This document shows, piece after piece, positions 38,786-52,034 of a stretch of 64,000 nt of DNA (position 1 is its first letter; each line of letters begins with the position of its first letter). The DNA comes from Squalus acanthias. Taxonomy: Eukaryota. The notes beneath the pieces are model-generated. The model made no database searches and had not been told where the DNA came from. It saw nothing but the letters and a program-made list of their open reading frames with translations. A program made the translations under genes and the position numbers. The stretch lies in assembly GCA_030390025.1 (NCBI GenBank), contig JASTWF010000329.1, positions 1 through 64,000 of the forward strand, in the 5' to 3' direction.

Positions 38786-41700
38786 TCAAATTAAAATTTG
38801 AAAGTCCGGGGTGACGATGCACTCCAGTCCCCGCGGCGCCCACCGGTCGCGGAAAAACTCAAGCGTGCCGGCGGACACCGCGTGCTCCATCTCCAGGGCC
38901 ACCCGGGCGCGAACATGGCCGCGGAAGAGAGGCAGGCAATCGGGCCGAACGACCCCCTCGACCGCCCGCTGCCTGGACCAATTAATGGCTTTCTTGGCCA
39001 GGCCCAGGAGCAGTCCTACGAGGAGGTCCTCCGACCTACCCGCTCCCCTCCGCACCGGGTGACCGTAGATCAGGAGCGTGGGGCTGAAGTGCAACCAGAA
39101 ATTGAGGAGCAGCCCCTTCAAATAATGAAAGAGGGGCTGCAACCTCTCACACTCAATATAAATGTGATAGACGGACTCCTCTAGGCCGCAGAAATGACAA
39201 GCAGCCTGGGAGTCCGTAAACCTACTTAAAATCCTATTGCACGGGACTGCTCCGTGCAACACCCTCCAGGCCAAGTCCCCAATAGAACAAGGGAAGACTC
39301 CCGCGTAGAGAGCCTTCCAATGGGGACCTTCGCCTCCGCCGGACGGCAGGATGGTACGCCAAGGCGTGTCCGGACGGCAGACGAAGATGGCAAAGTGGAG
39401 AGTGTGCAGGAGCAGCCCGTACAGGAAACGCCTCCGTGCGGATTGAAAGGGCACGGAGGGCATTTCTCCGAGAAGGCTCAAGTGGTGAGGCGGCGGCTCC
39501 CGAGGGAGGATTCGGGGCCGGGCGCCGATAAGGAATTCCGTCCGAACGGGGGTCAGTTCGGACGGGATCGCCCCACGTGCTTGAGCCTCCTCGACACACC
39601 TAGTGGAGACGGGGCCCAGTGCCACTTTTAGCGACTCGATGGCTTTGACCGCGAGCCGGACGTTGACCCAGGACATGCGCCTCGCCAACTCCTCCGGCGC
39701 CATCCAGCCCGCTCCTCCGCCATCGAGCAGGTCCCCGACTCTGGTCACCTTACCGGGCACAGCCCTGCCCTCCGCCAGCCAGCCGAACCCGCGGTCGTGG
39801 AGGTGCGGATTCCTGAACAGCGGCTCCCGAAGGACGGCCGCCGCTCCTGACGGGGGAGAACTGCGCTCGGAGGCGACGCTGTTCCAAACCCATAGCAGTT
39901 CCTGGTAGAAGACAGGCAGCTCCCGCAGGCTGGCACGCGTGCCACCCACTCTCACAAACAGGAGCTGCGTGTCGTAATTGAGGCCGTGCAGCTGGCGGAA
40001 GAAATACGTCGCCAGCGCACGCCACCTAGGAGGATTCTCCACGTACAGGTATCTCTGCAGCGTCTGAAGACGGAAAGTCGCCGCCTGGGTGCGAAGGCAC
40101 ACCAGCGCCTGACCGCCCTCCCTAAGCGGGAGACTCAAAACCGCGGCAGAGACCCAGTGCTTCCTTTTGTCCCAGAAGAAGTCGACGAGCTTCTTCTGCA
40201 TCTTGGCGACAAACGCAGGGGGAGGGATCAAAGTGACCAACCGGTACCACAACATGGCGGCCACCAGCTGGTTTATGACCAGCGCTCGACCCCTGTAGGA
40301 CAACACTCGGAGCAGTCCTGTCCAGCGCCCTAGGCGAGCGGTGACTTTGGCCTCCAGCTCTTGCCAGTTCGCCGGCCAGGCGTCCTCGGCCGGGCTGAGG
40401 TAGACTCCCAGGTAGAGGAGGTGCGTGGTGCTCCAGGCGAAAGGCCCGAACTCCTCCGGCAGGGAGTCCACCCGCCATGGGCCCACCAGGAGTCCAGAAC
40501 ATTTCTCCCAGTTGATCTTGGCGGAGGATGCGTCCGAGTAAATCTGCTGGCATTCTCGCATCCTCCGCAAGTCGACGGGATCCGTGACCGCGAGGAGCAC
40601 GTCATCGGCGTAAGCCGAGAGGACCACCTCCACGCCCGGCCCTTGCAGAGCCAGTCCCGTCAACCTCTTCCGCAAGAGGCGCAGGAAAGGCTCCACGCAA
40701 ACGGCGTATAACTGACCGGACATGGGGCATCCCTGACGCACCCCCCTCCCGAAGCGAAGGGGCGCCGTCAAAGACCCGTTAACTTTAATCAGACACTCCG
40801 CGGCGGCGTACAGAAGTCGGATCCGGGCGACGAAATGCGTCCCGAACCCGAATGCGCGCAGAGTCCCGAAAAGATACTCGTGATCCACCCTGTCGAACGC
40901 CTTCTCCTGATCCAGGGAAAGGAAGGCGACCGACAGACCAGCCCTCTGGGAATGGTGGACCAGGTCCCGGACCAGATGGATGTTATCGTGGATACTCCGG
41001 CCCGGGACCGTGTAGGACTGGTCGGGGTGGATCATGCGGGCCAGCACGGTGCCAAGGCGAGCAGACATAGCCCTGGCGAAAATTTTGTAGTCCGTGCTGA
41101 GGAGGGAGACCGGGCGCCAGTTCTTAAGTAGGCGGAGATCGCCCTTCTTGGGCAGCAGGACGATGACCGCCCTGCGCCAAGAGAGGGGCATCTCCCCGGT
41201 CGCCAGACTTTCCCCCAGGACCCGCGCGTAGTCGTCCCCCAAGACGTCCCAGAACGCCCTGTGGAACTCCACGGTCAGCCCGTCCAGCCCCGGGGACTTG
41301 CCCCTCGAGAGCTGGCGCAGGGCGCCGGTCAGCTCCGCCAGGCTTAGCGGAGCTTCTAAATTCTCGGCGCCCTCCGGGCCGACCTTCGGCAGGTCCTCCC
41401 ACAAAACTCTGCGCGCATCCTCGCTGGACGGATCCGAAGAGAACAGAGCCCCGTAATAGGCCCGGGCCTCCGCGCTGATGCCCTCCGGATCCGAGACCAG
41501 AGATCCGTCGTCGGCCAGCAGCCCCAAGAGCTGCTTACGGACCCCCCGTCTTTTTTCCAGCGAGTAGAAGAAGGGGGAGCCGCGGTCCAGGTCCCGCAGG
41601 AGCTGGATCCGCGACCTCACGTACGCGCCTCGGGACCCGACCAGCTGCAGGTCCTTCAGCGCGCCCTTCTTCTCTTCGTACACCTTCCGCAGGGCCGGGT

Positions 41701-42686
41701 CCTCGACGACTTGACCGAGACGGGACTCCAGGTCGAGCACTTCTTTCTCCAATCGCCCGACCCGGGCCTCCCGCCTCTTGGTCGACCCCTTCGCGTACTC
41801 CTGACAGAAGACGCGGACGTGAGCCTTGCCCACGTCCCACCATAGCCTCAAGGAGGGGAAGCCTCCCCGCTTCCTTCTCCAGTCGGCCCAGAACCGGCGA
41901 AACGAATCCCGGAACCGCGCGTCCTCCAGCAGCAGGTTGTTAAAATGCCAGTACGCGGACCCCCCCCCGCGCGCGCAGCGGAGCGAGCTCCGCCCACACC
42001 AGGTGGTGGTCCGTGCACGGCACCGGCCGCATGGAAGCCGCCGGAACGCAGGAGACGTACGCCCGGGAAATGTAAAGGCGGTCGATTCTGGACCTTCCTC
42101 CTCCAGACCTCACGCTCGTGAAGGCGCTGGAGTCGGGATGGAGATTTCGCCAGACGTCCACCAAGTCGAAGGACCCGACCAGGTCCCGCAACTTCTCCAT
42201 CGCCGCCGGGCTTCGCGGGGGACCCGACCGGTCCCGCGCCTCGAGGGTACAATTGAAATCCCCCCCGAGGATGACGCACTCGCCCACGTCGATGGAGCCC
42301 AGAAGAGCGGACACTTCTCCGAAGAAGCGCACTTGCTGCGCACCGGTCCGGGGGGCGTACACGTTCACTAAATGGAGCGGCACGCCTCCCAGGCGAACAG
42401 TGACCTGGAGCAAGCGGCCCGGCACGTGCTCCTTGACCCTCAAGATCTCCGGCTGAAAATGCGGGGCCAGCAAGACAGCCACCCCGCAGGAATTGTTGGA
42501 GAGGTGACTCATGCTGACCCCTCCTTGCCACTCCAGGAGCCACGTGGCCTCGTCTCCCGGAACGGTGTGGGTTTCTTGCAGGAAGCACACCGCATATTTC
42601 CCGTCCCGAAGGACCGAGAAGTTATTGAATCTACGGCGCGCCTCCCTGCTGCCGTTGATGTTGAGGCTGGCTATGGTTATCTTCAT
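38786..42686 (-). CDS. Tx1 copy A ORF2 (APE endonuclease, reverse transcriptase, C-terminal CCHC), about 1299 aa with one +1 frameshift in a C-run near 41960-41968
   Basis: SLNINGS, LQETH, GGDFN, SRIDR, TDHH; KSPGLDG, WRPVSLL, LDQEKAFDRV, GVRQGCP, YADD; CHFC...H...C. Confidence 0.9.
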
Positions 42687-42711
42687 CTCAGAAGCATAGT
42701 GCAACCTCTAC

Positions 42712-44869
42712 CTAACGGAGGGGAGGGAGGGCGGTCACTGACGACCGCCACTCCCTCAGCAGCCCAGTGTGGAACGTCTTGAGCCGACGCAGCTCGAGCC
42801 GGCCAACGTCCTTGTCCGCGCCCATGATTTTAACGGCGGCGCGGACGGACACGACGAGCAGCGTCAGCTCCGACCACTTGTCGAGGGCCAGCCGGATCTT
42901 CTTGTGACGACCCTGGCTCATGGCCATAAAATCCCGGAGTTCCCCTACGGGGATGAGGGGAGAGTCGGTGAAGGGCACGAGGGCGTCCATCGCCTCGCTG
43001 CCGATGGACTCCAAATCGTCCTCGATGCCCCCCACCGAGTCCCCGTCCTCCTCCGGGAGGTCGTCACCGGCGGCCAACCCGTCCGTCACACAGGGTGCAG
43101 CGAACGGCTCGGCCGCACCGGCCGGCCCCGCCTCCGTCACGATCCCACCCCCAGGATCGGTGGCAGAGGAGTCCACCCTGGGCTCCTTCAGGGGCGCCGG
43201 GCCGGGAGGCGGCGGCGGCGGTTCGGGGCCCCCCCCCCGCCTCAGGCGCCGGGGCGACCGGAGAAACCGGGGAGAAAATAATCCCAAATTCCTCCAGCAC
43301 GTCCGGCGCCAACAACAGAGACGGAGTCAGGGGGCTTTCCGTCTCCCCGCCACCAACCTCCGACCCAGCGGGCTGGGGATTGCTACACTCCTCCACCAGG
43401 TCGAGCAGTCCCTGGGAGATATCTGGGTTATAAAAGGCGGGCTCGGCTTCAGCCTCTTTGGCCTCGCCCGCCCCAGTCCCCAGGACGCCCGACCCGGCGA
43501 GGAGCAACGGTTCCGGTTCTACATTTCCCTCCGCGGGTTGTTCCGCGCCCCCCCCCACGGGCAGGGTCTCTTCCCCATCCCCGGGAGGCACAGGTCGGAC
43601 AGACTCGGCTGTCTCACCCTCCCGAGGGACAGACGACCCCTGCCGATCGCGCGCGACGATGACGGTGGTGGGGTGGGGCGCAGCACCCGCGGCGGGCGAC
43701 TGCCCCCCTTTTGCGGAGGGACCTTCCTCCTCGCAGTCCTCCTGCTGGGGGCGGAGCTTTCTTTTTAACAAGTTGGGGCCCGGAGAGGGGGAGGCCTCCA
43801 TGTCTGCTGGGGCCTCCCTCTCTGCCCCCTTCCGACGACTGGGTTTCTTGGGCCCCTCGGGCCCGAGCCCGGCCGCAGGTCTTGATTTAGCTGCCTCAGC
43901 AGTTGCGGTCACGGTCACGGGCCCGGGCACGAGGACCCCCCCAGTCTCATGCGTCCCGACCAACTCCGCGATATACTCGGGCGTGAGTTCGGTCAATTCA
44001 GATGTTTCCTCCGCGAGGGGATCCGCCCTTAGGTGTTTAGTTTTCCTACGCGCCTTCCTTCCCCCCGGACGCTCTCCCTCCTCCCCGCCGGAGGCCGTGG
44101 TGGTGTTGGCCTCCGATTTCGACCGCGCATCCGTCGCCGTCGACGCGCGGACAGTATCAGGGGGAGGGGGGGCGGCGGCGCCAACCCTGGCCGCGCCAGG
44201 TGTCGTGGCGGCCTTGGAGGCGGGGCAGTTTTTGCGGACGTGCCCCACCTCCTTACAGGCGTAGCACCGCGCGCCGTCCGAGGTCCAGAAGACGCGGTGG
44301 GCGGTCCCCCCGTGGAGCACCGTGAACGCGCCGTCCGCGTCCTCCTCCCGCGCCAGCCGGACGAAAAGCTGGCGCCGGAAGGAGAAGACGTGCCGAAGGC
44401 TGGCTTCCCGGAAGCCGAGCGGGATGGGTGTGATCCCCGACCTCACCTCCCCCAGTTGACGTAGGTGGGGGAGGAGGAGCTCACCCGGAACAAAGGGCGG
44501 GACGTTGGAAACCACAATCCTTTGCGCGGTGGCCTCAAGGGGGTCCACCGGCAGGAAGGTCCCGCCCACGGTGAGCCCCTTCTCGATGGCCAGGGACACC
44601 GCCCGCTCCGACCCCAGGAAGAACACAGCCTTGCCGTACATTTTAGAGGCGGCGACGATGGCTGAAGGGCCGACAACCCCAGCCATGGCTTTTACACACG
44701 CCTCTATAGTCATGTTGGGGTGAGTGTAGCTCTTGACCCCATTCTTCCTCGTAAGGAGGGTAAAAGGTGACGGGGTAACAGGAGGACTCGTGGCTGCGGC
44801 CGTGGCCGCGGCTGCCACGCTCGCGTACGTCCTCGCTGCCCCCGCCACCGACGAAGATGTACTCGCCAT
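42712..44869 (-). CDS. Tx1 copy A ORF1 (RRM-like N-terminus, CCHC knuckle, long low-complexity tail), one frameshift in a C-run near 43229-43238
   Basis: IVAASKMYGKAVFFL, VVSNVPPF, CYACKEVGHVRKNC; the ORF is intact in copy B. Confidence 0.88.
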
Positions 44870-45952
44870 AATGGAGGGTTCTTTAAGGGCTACACTCACC
44901 CCAAGTCACAGGCCTGAAGGTGTTAATGGCCTCGGTTTTTTTTTTGTTTTCCCCCTGAGCAGAGGGAGCTCTTAAATTGAAGGCACACCTCTCCCTTTAG
45001 TTGATTGAATTGGGAGAGGGGCCTTCTCCCCTCTGCTCAATGGGTACTTAATTAAAAATAGATTGAGGTGCCTCTTAGAGAGAGAGGCAGAGAGAGACAA
45101 GAGACAAAGAGAGAGAGAGAGAGGGGGGTGGGAAGGAGGGAAGCCGCAAGGGCAGGGTCGCCACTCAGGATGGTGGGTGGGTGGGTGTTGGCAGGGGGGT
45201 GCACTCTCCGATGTAATAAAAGTCTTTGGTGGTGGTCTTCTGGTGGGGGGAGAAGATGTCTTCACCTGGGATAGCTGGAGATGCCCAGGCTCAGTCCTGC
45301 ACCAGGTCTTAACGATGCCCAATTGGATTAAATTAATTGGGGAACTTCACCTAGGCAGCTCCAGCTGTCCCAGGTCAGGCAATGGAAAGGGGTGTTTAAT
45401 ATGGTGTGTGCGGCCTAGCTTTTACAGAAGCCACACACACACACACACCCCTTAGATGTTCCGGCCCTCTTCTTTTCTTCTTTCCTCCCCCCACCTACAA
45501 AACAAAGTCTCTGGGAGAGTGCCCCAGAATCACACCCACCTGTAGCTGTTGTTCTTTCCTTCCTCCTCCTTCCAAACAGATGATGTTTGTTGTTGGTGTT
45601 TTCTCCCCTCTCTCCCTCTCCTAAAATGGAGGCCAATTGAGGAGGCAGTGTGGAAAGGCCTCTCCTCTGTTGTTAATGGCCTTGGCCTTCCTTTCTTTTC
45701 TTCTCCTCTCCTGTCCTCTCTCTCCAGGCACCTCAGTTGTAGTTGTTGGTTGTGGTTGGTGGTGGTCTGCTGTCTGGTCTCCTTCTCCTTCTCCTCTTCC
45801 TGCTCACAGAGACCACCACTCTGCTGCTGCTGCTTCAGCTGCTCACTCTCCTTCTACTGCTGCTGAGGCTATAACCTGGTGTTGATCTTTTTGGTTTGAC
45901 AGAACGCAAATTTACTGTAAATCAATTAAAACTTGAAATGAAACTTAATAAA

Positions 45953-48900
45953 TCAAATTAAAATTTGAAAGTCCGGGGTGACGATGCACTCCAGTCCCCG
46001 CGGCGCCCACCGGTCGCGGAAAAACTCAAGCGTGCCGGCGGACACCGCGTGCTCCATCTCCAGGGCCACCCGGGCGCGAACATGGCCGCGGAAGAGAGGC
46101 AGGCAATCGGGCCGAACGACCCCCTCGATCGCCCGCTGCCTGGACCAATTAATGGCTTTCTTGGCCAGGCCCAGGAGCAGTCCTACGAGGAGGTCCTCCG
46201 ACCTACCCTCTCCCCTCCGCACCGGGTGACCGTAGATCAGGAGCGTGGGGCTGAAGTGCAACCAGAAATTGAGGAGCAGCCCCTTCAAATAATGAAAGAG
46301 GGGCTGCAACCTCTCACATTCAACATAAATGTGATAAACGGACTCCTCCAGGCCGCAAAAATGACAAGCAGCCTGGGAGTCCGTAAACCTACTTAAAATC
46401 CTATTGCACGGGACTGCTCCGTGCAACACCCTCCAGGCCAAGTCCCCAATAGAACAAGGGAAGACTCCCGCGTAGAGAGCCTTCCAATGGGGACCTTCGC
46501 CTCCGCCGGACGGCAGGATGGTACGCCAAGGCGTGTCCGGACGGCAGACGAAGATGGCAAAGTGGAGAGTGTGCAGGAGCAGCCCGTACAGGAAACGCCT
46601 CCGTGCGGATTGAAAGGGCACGGAGGGCATTTCTCCGAGAAGGCTCAAGTGGTGAGGCGGCGGCTCCCGAGGGAGGATTCGGGGCCGGGCGCCGATAAGG
46701 AATTCCGTCCGAACGGGGGTCAGTTCGGACGGGATCGCCCCACGTGCTTGAGCCTCCTCGACACACCTAGTGGAGACGGGGCCCAGTGCCACTTTTAGCG
46801 ACTCGATGGCTTTGACCGCGAGCCGGACGTTGACCCAAGACATGCGCCTCGCCAACTCCTCCGGCGCCATCCAGCCCGCTCCTCCGCCATCGAGCAGGTC
46901 CCCGACTCTGGTCACCTTACCGGGCACAGCCCTGCCCTCCGCCAGCCAGCCGAACCCGCGGTCGTGGAGGTGCGGATTCCTGAACAGCGGCTCCCGAAGG
47001 ACGGCCGCCGCTCCTGACGGGGGAGAACTGCGCTCGGAGGCGACGCTGTTCCAAACCCATAGCAGTTCCTGGTAGAAGACAGGCAGCTCCCGCAGGCTGG
47101 CACGCGTGCCACCCACTCTCACAAACAGGAGCTGCGTGTCGTAATTGAGGCCGTGCAGCTGGCGGAAGAAATACGTCGCCAGCGCACGCCACCTAGGAGG
47201 ATTCTCCACGTACAGGTATCTCTGCAGCGTCTGAAGACGGAAAGTCGCCGCCTGGGTGCGAAGGCACACCAGCGCCTGACCGCCCTCCCTAAGCGGGAGA
47301 CTCAAAACCGCGGCAGAGACCCAGTGCTTCCTTTTGTCCCAGAAGAAGTCGACGAGCTTCTTCTGCATCTTGGCGACAAACGCAGGGGGAGGGATCAAAG
47401 TGACCAACCGGTACCACAACATGGCGGCCACCAGCTGGTTTATGACCAGCGCTCGACCCCTGTAGGACAACACTCGGAGCAGTCCTGTCCAGCGCCCTAG
47501 GCGAGCGGTGACTTTGGCCTCCAGCTCTTGCCAGTTCGCCGGCCAGGCGTCCTCGGCCGGGCTGAGGTAGACTCCCAGGTAGAGGAGGTGCGTGGTGCTC
47601 CAGGCGAAAGGCCCGAACTCCTCCGGCAGGGAGTCCACCCTGCCATGGGCCCACCAGGAGTCCAGAACATTTCTCCCAGTTGATCTTGGCGGAGGATGCG
47701 TCCGAGTAAATCTGCTGGCATTCTCGCATCCTCCGCAAGTCGACGGGATCCGTGACCGCGAGGAGCACGTCATCGGCGTAAGCCGAGAGGACCACCTCCA
47801 CGCCCGGCCCTTGCAGAGCCAGTCCCGTCAACCTCTTCCGCAAGAGGCGCAGGAAAGGCTCCACGCAAACGGCGTATAACTGACCGGACATGGGGCATCC
47901 CTGACGCACCCCCCTCCCGAAGCGAAGGGGCGCCGTCAAAGACCCGTTAACTTTAATGAGACACTCCGCGGCGGCATACAGAAGTCGGATCCGGGCGACG
48001 AAATGCGTCCCGAACCCGAAAGCGCGCAGAGTCCCGAAAAGATACTCGTGATCCACCCTGTCGAACGCCTTCTCCTGATCCAGGGAAAGGAAGGCGACCG
48101 ACAGACCAGCCCTCTGGGAATGGTGGACCAGGTCCCGGACCAGATGGATGTTATCGTGGATACTCCGGCCCGGGACCGTGTAGGACTGGTCGGGGTGGAT
48201 CATGCGGGCCAGCACGGTGCCAAGGCGAGCAGACATAGCCCTGGCGAAAATTTTGTAGTCCGTGCTGAGGAGGGAGACCGGGCGCCAGTTCTTAAGTAGG
48301 CGGAGATCGCCCTTCTTGGGCAGCAGGACGATGACCGCCCTGCGCCAAGAGAGGGGCATCTCCCCGGTCGCCAGACTTTCCCCCAGGACCCGCGCGTAGT
48401 CGTCCCCCAAGACGTCCCAGAACGCCCTGTGGAACTCCACGGTCAGCCCGTCCAGCCCCGGGGACTTGCCCCTCGAGAGCTGGCGCAGGGCGCCGGTCAG
48501 CTCCGCCAGGCTTAGCGGAGCTTCTAAATTCTCGGCGCCCTCCGGGCCGACCTTCGGCAGGTCCTCCCACAAAACTCTGCGCGCATCCTCGCTGGACGGA
48601 TCCGAAGAGAACAGAGCCCCGTAATAGGCCCGGGCCTCCGCGCTGATGCCCTCCGGATCCGAGACCAGAGATCCGTCGTCGGCCAGCAGCCCCAAGAGCT
48701 GCTTACGGACCCCCCGTCTTTTTTCCAGCGAGTAGAAGAAGGGGGAGCCGCGGTCCAGGTCCCGCAGGAACTGGATCCGCGACCTCACGTACGCGCCTCG
48801 GGACCCGACCAGCTGCAGGTCCTTCAGCGCGCCCTTCTTCTCTTCGTACACCTTCCGCAGGGCCGGGTCCTCGACGACCTGACCGAGACGGGACTCCAGG

Positions 48901-49852
48901 TCGAGCACTTCTTTCTCCAATCGCCCGACCCGGGCCTCCCGCCTCTTGGTCGACCCCTTCGCGTACTCCTGACAGAAGACGCGGACGTGAGCCTTGCCCA
49001 CGTCCCACCATAGCCTCAAGGAGGGGAAGCCTCCCCGCTTCCTTCTCCAGTCGGCCCAGAACCGGCGAAACGAATCCCGGAACCGCGCGTCCTCCAGCAG
49101 CAGGTTGTTAAAATGCCAGTACGCGGACCCCCCCCGCGCGCGCAGCGGAGCGAGCTCCGCCCACACCAGGTGGTGGTCCGTGCACGGCACCGGCCGCATG
49201 GAAGCCGCCGGAACGCAGGAGACGTACGCCTGGGAAATGTAAAGGCGGTCGATTCTGGACCTTCCTCCTCCAGACCTCACGCTCGTGAAGGCGCTGGAGT
49301 CGGGATGGAGATTCGCCAGACGTCCACCAAGTCGAAGGACCCGACCAGGTCCCGCAACTTCTCCATCGCCGCCGGGCTTCGCGGGGGACCCGACCGGTCC
49401 CGCGCCTCGAGGGTACAATTGAAATCCCCCCCGAGGATGACGCACTCGCCCACGTCGATGGAGCCCAGAAGAGCGGACACTTCTCCGAAGAAGCGCACTT
49501 GCTGCGCACCGGTCCGGGGGGCGTACACGTTCACTAAATGGAGCGGCACGCCTCCCAGGCGAACAGTGACCTGGAGCAAGCGGCCCGGCACGTGCTCCTT
49601 GACCCTCAAGATCTCCGGCTGAAAATGCGGGGCCAGCAAGACAGCCACCCCGCAGGAATTGTTGGAGAGGTGACTCATGCTGACCCCTCCTTGCCACTCC
49701 AGGAGCCACGTGGCCTCGTCTCCCGGAACGGTGTGGGTTTCTTGCAGGAAGCACACCGCATATTTCCCGTCCCGAAGGACCGAGAAGTTATTGAATCTAC
49801 GGCGCGCCTCCCTGCTGCCGTTGATGTTGAGGCTGGCTATGGTTATCTTCAT
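45953..49852 (-). CDS. Tx1 copy B ORF2, with 1-nt indels near 49311 and 47641
   Basis: Same motifs as copy A; the 3900-nt span equals 1300 codons once the two indels are corrected. Confidence 0.88.
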
Positions 49853-49877
49853 CTCAGAAGCATAGTGCAACCTCTAC

Positions 49878-52034
49878 CTAACGGAGGGGAGGGAGGGCGG
49901 TCACTGACGACCGCCACTCCCTCAGCAGCCCAGTGTGGAACGTCTTGAGCCGACGCAGCTCGAGCCGGTCAACGTCCTTGTCCGCGCCCATGATTTTAAC
50001 GGCGGCGCGGACGGACACGACGAGCAGCGCCAGCTCCGACCACTTGTCGAGGGCCAGCCGGATCTTCTTGTGACGACCCTGGCTCACGGCCATAAAATCC
50101 CGGAGTTCCCCTACGGGGATGAGGGGAGAGTCGGTGAAGGGCACGAGGGCGTCCATCACCTCGCTGCCGATGGACTCCAAATCGTCCTCGAAGCCCCCCA
50201 CCGAGTCCCCGTCCTCCTCCGGGAGGTCGTCACCGGCGGCCGACCCGTCCGTCGCACGGGGTGCAGCGAACGGCTCGGCCGCACCGGCCAGCCCCGCCTC
50301 CGTCACGATCCCACCCCCAGGATCGGTGGCAGAGGAGTCCACCCTGGGCTCCTTCAGGGGCGCCGGGCCGGGAGGCGGCGGCGGCGGTTCGGGGCCCCCC
50401 CCCGCCTCAGGCGCCGGGGCGACCGGAGAAACCGGGGAGAAAATAATCCCAAATTCCTCCAGCACGTCCGGCGCCAACAACAGAGACGGAGTCAGGGGGC
50501 TTTCCGTCTCCCCGCCACCAACCTCCGACCCAGCAGGCTGGGGATTGCTACACTCCTCCACCAGGTCGAGCAGTCCCTGGGAGATGTCTGGGTTATAAAA
50601 GGCGGGCTCGGCTTCAGCCTCTTTGGCCTCGCCCGCCCCAGTCCCCAGGACGCCCGACCCGGCGAGGAGCAACGGTTCCGGTACTACATTTCCCTCCGCG
50701 GGTTGTTCCGCGCCCCCCCCCACGGGCAGGGTCTCTTCCCCATCCCCGGGAGGCACAGGTCGGACAGACTCGGCTGTCTCACCCTCCCGAGGGACAGACG
50801 ACCCCTGCCGATCACGCGCGACGATGACGGTGGTGGGGTGGGGCGCAGCACCCGCGGCGGGCGACTGCCCCCCTTTTGCGGAGGGACCTTCCTCCTCGCA
50901 GTCCTCCTGCTGGGGGCAGAGCTTTCTTTTTAACAAGTTGGGGCCCGGAGAGGGGGAGGCCTCCATGTCTGCTGGGGCCTCCCTCTCTGCCCCCTTCCGA
51001 CGACTGGGTTTCTTGGGCCCCTCGGGCCCGAGCCCGGCCGCAGGTCTTGATTCAGCTGCCTCAGCAGTTGCGGTCACGGTCGCGGGCCCGGGCACGAGGA
51101 CCCCCCCAGTCTCATGCGTCCCGACCAACTCCGCCATGTACTCGGGCGTGAGTTCGGTCAATTCCGATGTTTCCTCCGCGAGGGGATCCGCCCTTTGGTG
51201 TTTAGTTTTCCTACGCGCCTTCCTTCCCCCCGGACGCTCTCCCTCCTCCCCGCCGGAGGCCGTGGTGGTGTTGGCCTCCGATTTCGACCGCGCAACCGTC
51301 GTCGTCGACGCGCGGACAGTATCAGGGGGAGGGGGGGCGGCGGCGCCAACCCCGGCCGCGCCAGGTGTCGTGGCGGCCTTGGAGGCGGGGCAGTTTTTGC
51401 GGACGTGCCCCACCTCCTTACAGGCGTAGCACCGCACGCCGTCCGAGGTCCAGAAGACGCGGTGGGCGGTCCCCCCGTGGAGCACCGTGAACGCGCCGTC
51501 CGCGTCCTCCTCCCGCGCCAGCCGGACGAAAAGCTGGTGCCGGAAGGAGAAGACGTGCCGAAGGCTGGCTTCCCGGAAGCCGAGCGGGATGGGTGTGATC
51601 CCCGACCTCACCTCCCCCAGTTGACGTAGGTGGGGGAGGAGGAGCTCACCCGGAACAAAGGGCGGGACGTTGGAAACCACAATCCTTTGCGCGGTGGCCT
51701 CAAGGGGGTCCACCGGCAGGAAGGTCCCGCCCACGGTGAGCCCCTTCTCGATGGCCAGGGACACCGCCCGCTCCGACCCCAGGAAGAACACAGCCTTGCC
51801 GTACATTTTAGAGGCGGCGACGATGGCTGAAGGGCCGACAACCCCAGCCATGGCTTTAACGCACGCCTCTATAGTCATGTTGGGGTGAGTGTAGCTCTTG
51901 ACCCCATTCTTCCTCGTAAGGAGGGTAAAAGGTGACGGGGTAACAGGAGGACTCGTGGCTGCGGCCGTGGCCGCGGCTGCCACGCTCGCGTACGTCCTCG
52001 CTGCCCCCGCCACCGACGAAGATGTACTCGCCAT
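49878..52034 (-). CDS. Tx1 copy B ORF1, intact, about 718 aa from ATG 52034
   Basis: Continuous ORF with CCHC knuckle CYACKEVGHVRKNC. Confidence 0.92.
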   Translation of the reverse strand: MASTSSSVAGAARTYASVAAAATAAATSPPVTPSPFTLLTRKNGVKSYTHPNMTIEACVKAMAGVVGPSAIVAASKMYGKAVFFLGSERAVSLAIEKGLTVGGTFLPVDPLEATAQRIVVSNVPPFVPGELLLPHLRQLGEVRSGITPIPLGFREASLRHVFSFRHQLFVRLAREEDADGAFTVLHGGTAHRVFWTSDGVRCYACKEVGHVRKNCPASKAATTPGAAGVGAAAPPPPDTVRASTTTVARSKSEANTTTASGGEEGERPGGRKARRKTKHQRADPLAEETSELTELTPEYMAELVGTHETGGVLVPGPATVTATAEAAESRPAAGLGPEGPKKPSRRKGAEREAPADMEASPSPGPNLLKRKLCPQQEDCEEEGPSAKGGQSPAAGAAPHPTTVIVARDRQGSSVPREGETAESVRPVPPGDGEETLPVGGGAEQPAEGNVVPEPLLLAGSGVLGTGAGEAKEAEAEPAFYNPDISQGLLDLVEECSNPQPAGSEVGGGETESPLTPSLLLAPDVLEEFGIIFSPVSPVAPAPEAGGGPEPPPPPPGPAPLKEPRVDSSATDPGGGIVTEAGLAGAAEPFAAPRATDGSAAGDDLPEEDGDSVGGFEDDLESIGSEVMDALVPFTDSPLIPVGELRDFMAVSQGRHKKIRLALDKWSELALLVVSVRAAVKIMGADKDVDRLELRRLKTFHTGLLREWRSSVTALPPLR

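Larger units (their letters stand above)
38719..45868 (-). mobile_element. Full-length Tx1-clade (L1 superfamily) non-LTR retrotransposon, copy A (7150 bp)
   Basis: About 1-kb 5' UTR, ORF1 with CCHC knuckle, ORF2 with APE, RT and CCHC. Flanked by the 16-bp direct repeat CTATAACCTGGTGTTG. Confidence 0.92.
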
